Shown one piece after another: positions 58,527 through 64,000 of a stretch of 64,000 nucleotides of DNA (its first letter is position 1; every line of letters starts with the position of its first letter). A program made the position numbers and the translations under genes. The stretch is taken from the NCBI GenBank assembly GCA_964575755.1, contig CAZNRH010000001.1:115347-179346 (forward strand). The letters are read 5' to 3'. The notes beneath the pieces were generated by a model, which was not told the origin of the DNA, did no database searches, and was given only the letters and a program-made list of their open reading frames with translations. The stretch is from an uncultured Candidatus Saccharibacteria bacterium. Lineage in GTDB: Bacteria > Patescibacteriota > Minisyncoccia > Phycocordibacterales > JABMNX01.

Positions 58527-60237
58527 CTTCGTACTACGTATAAGATTTATCCTCGGAGTCGTTATTTTTATAGCACTTATTCTATTAGTGCGTCTTTATT
58601 TTGTCCAGATAGTAGACGGCGACAAGTTTAGTGAGCGTGCAGATAGGCAATATGTACGCCCAAGTCAAAACTTATTTGACCGTGGCAGGATAGTCTTTGA
58701 ATCTTTAGAATCAGATAAAACAATACCGTGGTCTGCCGCTACCCTTAAAACAGGCTTTACTGTCTCGTTAAATCCAAGCATATTGGAGGACGCAGAGTAT
58801 GCTTATCAAGAAATATCAAAGATTATAGAAATAGACAAAGATATATTCTTTGCGCGTGCAAATAAAACTAATGATCCATATGAAGAGATAGCAAGACGAG
58901 TATCTACAAAAGACGGTATTGCAATAGACAACCTTGATATTACGGGCGTGCAGATACACAAAGAAAGATGGAGACTCTATCAGGGTGGAGACTTAGCTTC
59001 TCAAACAATAGGATTTGTTGGATATGACAAAGATGAGCTTTCTGGGCGTTACGGTCTAGAGAGATACTATAACGACACGTTGTCTAGAGATACAGATGGT
59101 CTGGATATTAATTTTTTTGCAGAGATATTTTCTAATGTACGCAAAACCTTGTCTAAGCAAAAGGTGAATAGGGAAGGAGACATAGTGACAACAATAGAGC
59201 TAAACACACAAAGATTTCTAGAAGGCCAATTGAAAGAGGTTCAAGAAAAGTGGGATTCAAAGCAGACAGCTGGAATTATTATAAACCCACAAAATGGAGA
59301 GATCTACGCAATGGGCGTGTACCCAGGTTTTGATATAAATAATTTTAAAGACGTTGAAGATCCTTCTGTGTTTTCTAACTTATTAGTCGAAGGGGTTTAT
59401 GAGATGGGTTCAATAATCAAACCACTTACAATGGCTGCTGGGCTTGATTCAGGCGCAATCACTGCAGACACTTCATATTATGACAGTGGTTTTGTCACAT
59501 CCGACGGAGCAACAATTTCAAACTACGATGGAAGGGGGCGAGGTAAAGTTAAGATGCAGGAGATATTAAGCCAATCACTTAACACAGGAGCTGCATTTAT
59601 TGTTGAAGAGATGGGTACTGATGTATTTCGTGAGTATTTTTTAAATTATGGAATAGGAGAAGAAACAGGGATTGATCTACCAAACGAAGGGGTCGGACTA
59701 GTCTCAAACTTAGAAAGCCCAAGAACTTTGGAATATTTAACAGCTTCTTTTGGCCAAGGTATCGCAATGACACCTATTGCTACTGTGCGTGCATTGTCTA
59801 CATTAGCTAATGGAGGTAAGTTAGTGACACCTCACCTAGGTAAGAAAATAGAATACGTAACAGGATTATCTAAGACTATATCTTATGTCGATGGACAAGA
59901 GGTTTTAAAAAAATCAACATCAGAAGAAATAACAAGAATGCTTGTTAAGGTAGTCGACGAAGCTCTTATGGGTGGCACGGTTGCTTTTGATAATTATAGT
60001 GTCGCTGCAAAGACAGGGACTGCACAAATTGCCAATAGAGAAGAACGAGGGTATTATGACGATAGGTTCTTACATTCCTTTTTTGGGTATTTCCCTGCGT
60101 ATGACGCTAAGTTCCTTATATTCTTAATTACACTTGAACCAAAAGGGGTCAAGTATGCATCACAAACACTCACTCGTCCTTTTATTAACACGGTAAGTTT
60201 TTTAATTAACCATTACGAAGTTCCGCCAGATAGATAA
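58516..60237 (+). CDS. ftsI: peptidoglycan D,D-transpeptidase FtsI (PBP3)
   Basis: 573 aa; N-terminal TM; SxxK (SIIKP), SLN (SxN), KTGTA motifs. Confidence 0.85.
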   Translation: MRSSFVLRIRFILGVVIFIALILLVRLYFVQIVDGDKFSERADRQYVRPSQNLFDRGRIVFESLESDKTIPWSAATLKTGFTVSLNPSILEDAEYAYQEISKIIEIDKDIFFARANKTNDPYEEIARRVSTKDGIAIDNLDITGVQIHKERWRLYQGGDLASQTIGFVGYDKDELSGRYGLERYYNDTLSRDTDGLDINFFAEIFSNVRKTLSKQKVNREGDIVTTIELNTQRFLEGQLKEVQEKWDSKQTAGIIINPQNGEIYAMGVYPGFDINNFKDVEDPSVFSNLLVEGVYEMGSIIKPLTMAAGLDSGAITADTSYYDSGFVTSDGATISNYDGRGRGKVKMQEILSQSLNTGAAFIVEEMGTDVFREYFLNYGIGEETGIDLPNEGVGLVSNLESPRTLEYLTASFGQGIAMTPIATVRALSTLANGGKLVTPHLGKKIEYVTGLSKTISYVDGQEVLKKSTSEEITRMLVKVVDEALMGGTVAFDNYSVAAKTGTAQIANREERGYYDDRFLHSFFGYFPAYDAKFLIFLITLEPKGVKYASQTLTRPFINTVSFLINHYEVPPDR

Positions 60238-60252
60238 AGTAACTCACAGCCT

Positions 60253-60300
60253 TTAGGCTCCCTGTTTGTATAAGAGCCACAGCGATTATATACAAACAGC
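60253..60300 (+). other. imperfect long hairpin in the ftsI-murF intergenic region (ctccctgtttgtata...tatacaaacag(cagtg)cagggag)
   Basis: Seen directly. Confidence 0.35.
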
Positions 60301-60402
60301 AGTGCAGGGAGGTCTCCAGACCGAGTCGTGAAAAAATTGATTAAAAAATGACGTACTAAATACAGCCTGAGATCTATAACCTGTGATCTAATACCTGAAA
60401 AA

Positions 60403-61683
60403 ATGAAATCAATATTTAAAAAGATAATAGTCGCAATATTGCAGCGGGAAGCTTCTTTGATATTGAAAAAATATAAACCGAAGATTATTGCTATAACTGG
60501 TAGTGTCGGGAAGACCTCAACAAAAGATGCAATTTTTACAGTAATGAAAGAGAGTTTCTTTGTTCGTAAAAGTGAAAAAAGTTTTAACAGTGAAATAGGA
60601 GTACCTTTGACTATTTTAGGTTGTAGTAATGCATGGAATAATCCTATTTTGTGGTTGAAAAATATTGCAGAAGGATTGATGCTTATACTCCTAAAGAACC
60701 ATTATCCTAAGTGGCTGATCTTAGAGGTTGGTGCTGACCGCCCTTTGGATATAAAAGACCTAACAAAGTGGCTCAAGCCAGACATAGTCGTTATTACTAC
60801 ACTTCCAGATGTACCTGTACACATTGAGTACTTTGATTCACCAGAAGATGTTATTAAAGAAAAAGAGTACTTAGTTAAGGCGCTTAAGTCAGATGGAGTT
60901 TTGGTACTTAACTATGATGATAAAAAAGTCTTAGAATTAGAAAAGAAATATCAATATAAAGCCGTAACATTTGGTTTTGACAGAGGTGCTACTTTCTTAG
61001 CTTCACACTACAGAGGTGATATATATAAAAAACAGATATCTTTTAGGGTAGATGTAGATGGTAGTAGTGTGCCTGTATTAGTAAAAAATTCTTTAGGTCG
61101 TCAGCATATTTATCCTGCACTAGCTTCATTTGCTGTTGGGCGTTCTCAGGGGCTAGACGTTGCATCAATGGTATTAGCATACGAACATCACGAAATTCCG
61201 CAAGGTCGCATGAAACTTATTGATGGTATAAGGAAGTCAATTATTATAGATGACAGTTATAACTCTTCACCGATTGCAGTAGAAGAAGCCTTAAAGGTTC
61301 TAGAAGACGTATCTGTTTCTGGAAGAAAGTTTGCTATTCTTGGAGACATGATGGAATTAGGAACCTATTCTATGGAAGAACATAAAAAAGTTGGGGTACG
61401 TGTAGCACACAGCGCTGACAGGCTTATTACCGTTGGAATACGTGCACGTGACATAGCAGAAAGCGCAATAAAAAATGGCATGAAAAAAGAGTATATATTT
61501 CATTTTGAAGACTCAATGAAAGCAGGGAAAGAACTTAAAAACATGTTAGAAAAAGGTGATGTAGCTTTAATAAAAGGTTCTCAATCAATACGCATGGAGA
61601 AAATAGTTAAAGAAGTGATGGCTCACCCAGAAAAAGCAGGGGAGTTATTGGTACGGCAAGATAAAGAGTGGGAGGTGAGGTAG
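60403..61683 (+). CDS. murF: UDP-N-acetylmuramoyl-tripeptide--D-alanyl-D-alanine ligase
   Basis: Mur ligase P-loop ITGSVGKTSTKD; IDDSYNSSP motif typical of MurF; position after ftsI. Confidence 0.75.
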   Translation: MKSIFKKIIVAILQREASLILKKYKPKIIAITGSVGKTSTKDAIFTVMKESFFVRKSEKSFNSEIGVPLTILGCSNAWNNPILWLKNIAEGLMLILLKNHYPKWLILEVGADRPLDIKDLTKWLKPDIVVITTLPDVPVHIEYFDSPEDVIKEKEYLVKALKSDGVLVLNYDDKKVLELEKKYQYKAVTFGFDRGATFLASHYRGDIYKKQISFRVDVDGSSVPVLVKNSLGRQHIYPALASFAVGRSQGLDVASMVLAYEHHEIPQGRMKLIDGIRKSIIIDDSYNSSPIAVEEALKVLEDVSVSGRKFAILGDMMELGTYSMEEHKKVGVRVAHSADRLITVGIRARDIAESAIKNGMKKEYIFHFEDSMKAGKELKNMLEKGDVALIKGSQSIRMEKIVKEVMAHPEKAGELLVRQDKEWEVR

Positions 61684-61840
61684 GCTACACAGTAGATTTT
61701 CATAGGCTTTAGGTTGCTAGGGGTTTCTAAACTTGCAAAAGTATCAAAACTATTGTATTATTTCAAACAGCTTTAGAGGTCTAGAACCTCATTGTTCCAA
61801 TTTATTTAAACCTTTGCATCTTTATATGGAGGACTAATCA

Positions 61841-62206
61841 ATGCCTATGATTGACTTTGGCTATGATCTCGCCACATACACCGAAGATCAAATGAAGCGT
61901 CTCGGTAGAAAAATCGAATGCGCGTTGCGGCACGCAATCAAGACAGCTCGGCCCAGTGTGAACCAGAAATATGGTATTACCGTCCATGGGCGTGAATACG
62001 GACCCATTGTCAGTAATATGCCTGACCTGAATATCCACATCGACTACCATCAAGAGTGGGACTTCACCGATGCAGAGCTCGGCAGTATTGCAGAAGTGAT
62101 GAAAGATGCTGTGAAGCTGATACTTGAAGAAGCGGACGCTTGCATTAACAATGTAAAGATTCGTTTATATTCTCGCACCGGTCACAAAAGTGCATCGCTT
62201 CCTTAA
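61841..62206 (+). CDS. hypothetical protein, GC-elevated; N-terminal Met-Pro (possible tautomerase-superfamily fold)
   Basis: 121 aa; about 47% GC; MPMIDF start; followed by a hairpin and T-run terminator at about 62212..62268. Confidence 0.35.
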   Translation: MPMIDFGYDLATYTEDQMKRLGRKIECALRHAIKTARPSVNQKYGITVHGREYGPIVSNMPDLNIHIDYHQEWDFTDAELGSIAEVMKDAVKLILEEADACINNVKIRLYSRTGHKSASLP

Positions 62207-62293
62207 CTCAAGCACACCTCTCGCCAACAAGAAAAACATTCTCGTTTTGGCGTGAGGGTGTTTTTTATTAATCTAGATAGATTTGCTGTAATT

Positions 62294-62566
62294 CTACACA
62301 CTAACGATTTCTTTTTCGAATTCTTTGAAGTAGTCGTTTATTTGTTGTAAGTTAAAGTTTTTTAAGATAGATTCCTTTGGTTCGCGAGCCAGTAGAAATA
62401 CAAAAGATTTTTCAATTAACTCAGTAGGTTCTAGTATTCCTCTGGTTAGCTTGTCACAATATTCTTTATCTAAATCTACTGAATATTCCAAACCTTTAAT
62501 TTCCACTAGAAAGTTCCACCCTTTCTCAGTTTCTTTTTGTTTTGTTATTTTTATAGTGGGGGTCAT
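62294..62566 (-). CDS. hypothetical protein
   Basis: 90 aa; in an operon with the upstream ORF. Confidence 0.35.
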   Translation of the reverse strand: MTPTIKITKQKETEKGWNFLVEIKGLEYSVDLDKEYCDKLTRGILEPTELIEKSFVFLLAREPKESILKNFNLQQINDYFKEFEKEIVSV

Positions 62567-62573
62567 GTGATGT

Positions 62574-62918
62574 TTAGGAGATTAAAAAATCCAACTGTTC
62601 TTTTGGCACACCAACTGAGAGACCGTATGCGACAGCGTCTTTCCATGTTTCTTTATTATCGGAGTTGATATGAAATATCTTATCTCTAAATACAACAGTC
62701 ACTTCTTCGCCTTGCCAGAAGTGCATATACCAACCATCTTCACGTTTTAGATAGTCTTGAAGCTTTTTAATTTCCTCTTGAGAGACTTCCACGTCATATA
62801 GATGCCATGTATCATCTGAATTATCTTGATTTACTTCTGAGTATTCTGAAACAACCTTAATTGTTTTGAGTATTACTGGATCAGTTAGACTCTCTTTAAT
62901 TATTGTTCCTTTGTACAT
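62574..62918 (-). CDS. hypothetical protein
   Basis: 114 aa; no recognisable motif. Confidence 0.35.
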   Translation of the reverse strand: MYKGTIIKESLTDPVILKTIKVVSEYSEVNQDNSDDTWHLYDVEVSQEEIKKLQDYLKREDGWYMHFWQGEEVTVVFRDKIFHINSDNKETWKDAVAYGLSVGVPKEQLDFLIS

Positions 62919-63139
62919 ATTATGTGTTTTTATTATACATGGAATCGGCGTAGGTTTCTAAACCTCTTTGTGTCACCCGTCACTAAGTATAATTTTCGTC
63001 CTTCAAACTCAATTCTACTAAGTGCGCTTGAAGCTTTGCACTTGATTTTCTAATTCGTTCCTCATAATAAAATCTACGCACGCCTCAGTGTCACTCGCTT
63101 CACTCGTGACATCTTCCGGCTTCACAAATCGCACGAGAG

Positions 63140-63176
63140 ACAAGCAGTTGCCTCTCTAGAAAAACGCGCACTATTT
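63140..63176 (-). terminator. terminator downstream of tRNA-Glu (acgcgcact-attt-agtgcgtgt plus T-run on the minus strand)
   Basis: Seen directly. Confidence 0.6.
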
Positions 63177-63190
63177 AGTGCGTGTTTTTT

Positions 63191-63262
63191 CTGCGATTTG
63201 TGACCCTACAGAGAATCGAACTCTGATTACCAGATTGAGAACCTGATGTCCTAACCGTTAGA
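63191..63262 (-). tRNA. tRNA-Glu(CUC)
   Basis: Minus-strand cloverleaf GGCCCTA-TC-GTCT-AACGGTTA-GGAC-A-TCAGG-TTCTCAA-TCTGG-TAAT-CAGAG-TTCGATT-CTCTG-TAGGGTC-A; Glu-type D-arm and 4-nt variable loop. Confidence 0.75.
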
Positions 63263-63492
63263 CGATAGGGCCAATAAACAAGCTGTTAGGTTTTAGTTTA
63301 CAGGTTTTAGCTAAAAATTAAAGCCTTATTAAATACCCCAGATGGTTGGGGCATTTAATATAATACAGTATTTATACATCTGGGTAAATAAATAGATAAA
63401 TTGTAAAAGAAAATGCCCGCCCTGGTTTCCCAGGGCGGGCACGTCGCTAAAATCCTTATTTAAGGAACTAACAAGCTAGGGGGAGGCTTTGA

Positions 63493-64000
63493 TCAGGCCG
63501 AGTTCGGGGCCTGATTATCTTGATTGCCAGTGATACTTGTGTTGTCGCCGGCCGTTTTACCAGGCGCCGTTGCATCATCGAGGCGTTGCTCGAGAGACAA
63601 GATGACAGTTTTGACTGCGTCGATATCCTGCAGGCTCAGGCGCTGTGCGTTGTTGGCCAAGTTCGTGAGAACACCGGTAAGGTTATCTTTCGGAATATCG
63701 CTTCGAGTGACGAGGTCACACAAGAACGAGAATGCCGAGGCCGGCGGATGGTTAAAATGAATAATCATGTCACCGACGGTGCCGATATTCTCCATAACAG
63801 CGACGATGGAATCGTGGAATGACATTAGGTTGTCATCGTCCGTGATGTCGCCGTCCATACGAGCTTTCAAGACATACAAAGCATTCTTGACCCAGGACTT
63901 GGAAGAGACGCTGAGATGCTTGGCTTGGTTTTCGATACCGGTAATGATCAGTGTGAGATCATTGGTCGGAATCTTGGTGCAGGTAGCGATAGCGATGGCG
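63493..64000 (-). CDS. hypothetical protein, 5' partial (frame stays open to the window end), strongly GC-elevated (about 52%)
   Basis: The minus-strand frame has no stop between 63880 and 64000; no recognisable motif; composition unlike the rest of the window. Confidence 0.4.
   Translation of the reverse strand, partial: AIAIATCTKIPTNDLTLIITGIENQAKHLSVSSKSWVKNALYVLKARMDGDITDDDNLMSFHDSIVAVMENIGTVGDMIIHFNHPPASAFSFLCDLVTRSDIPKDNLTGVLTNLANNAQRLSLQDIDAVKTVILSLEQRLDDATAPGKTAGDNTSITGNQDNQAPNSA

Overview
This 64 kb window is AT-rich (roughly 38% GC by eye) with small, tightly packed genes. It looks like a reduced Patescibacteria/CPR-type genome: class I LysRS, a short ProRS, a degenerate PriA, an intron-split tRNA and secreted adhesin-like paralogs. 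Core genes, in order: rpoB (5' partial)-rpoC-dnaG-rpoD; a GNAT acetyltransferase; a PD-(D/E)XK-like nuclease; DsbA; uppP; a DEDD exonuclease; hisS with two membrane proteins; a SET-domain protein; cspA; PPIase; a Pif1 helicase; a HlyD-ABC (MacAB-like) exporter; lexA; truB; grx-DUF167-hpf-HIT; def-fmt; priA; murA; mreB; holB; frr; rseP; proS; mreB2-mreC-mreD-PBP2; greA; lysK (class I); Nudix; mraZ-rsmH-ftsL-ftsI-murF; and tRNA-Glu. The accessory and unusual content is listed here. (1) A tRNA-Asn(GUU) gene split in the anticodon loop by a 572-nt group I-like intron that carries an HNH endonuclease ORF; a GC-elevated island of unassignable ORFs sits directly next to it. (2) An IS200/RAYT-like HUH transposase flanked by REP-like palindromes, with copies of the palindrome also embedded in-frame. 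(3) A tandem family of secreted paralogs sharing a conserved 5' cassette; one carries a fibrinogen-related domain. (4) A ~118-nt upstream region duplicated in inverted orientation in front of two unrelated genes. (5) Two TIR-bounded structured elements that begin exactly at the stop codons of mreB and greA and share a TAAGGGTCGCTCG box. (6) Several catalytically degenerate core proteins: PriA without Walker A/B, DnaG with a degenerate zinc ribbon, and a ClpX zinc-binding domain with no AAA+ part. All coordinates are anchored to the supplied ORF track. Hairpin and repeat coordinates are approximate to a few bases.
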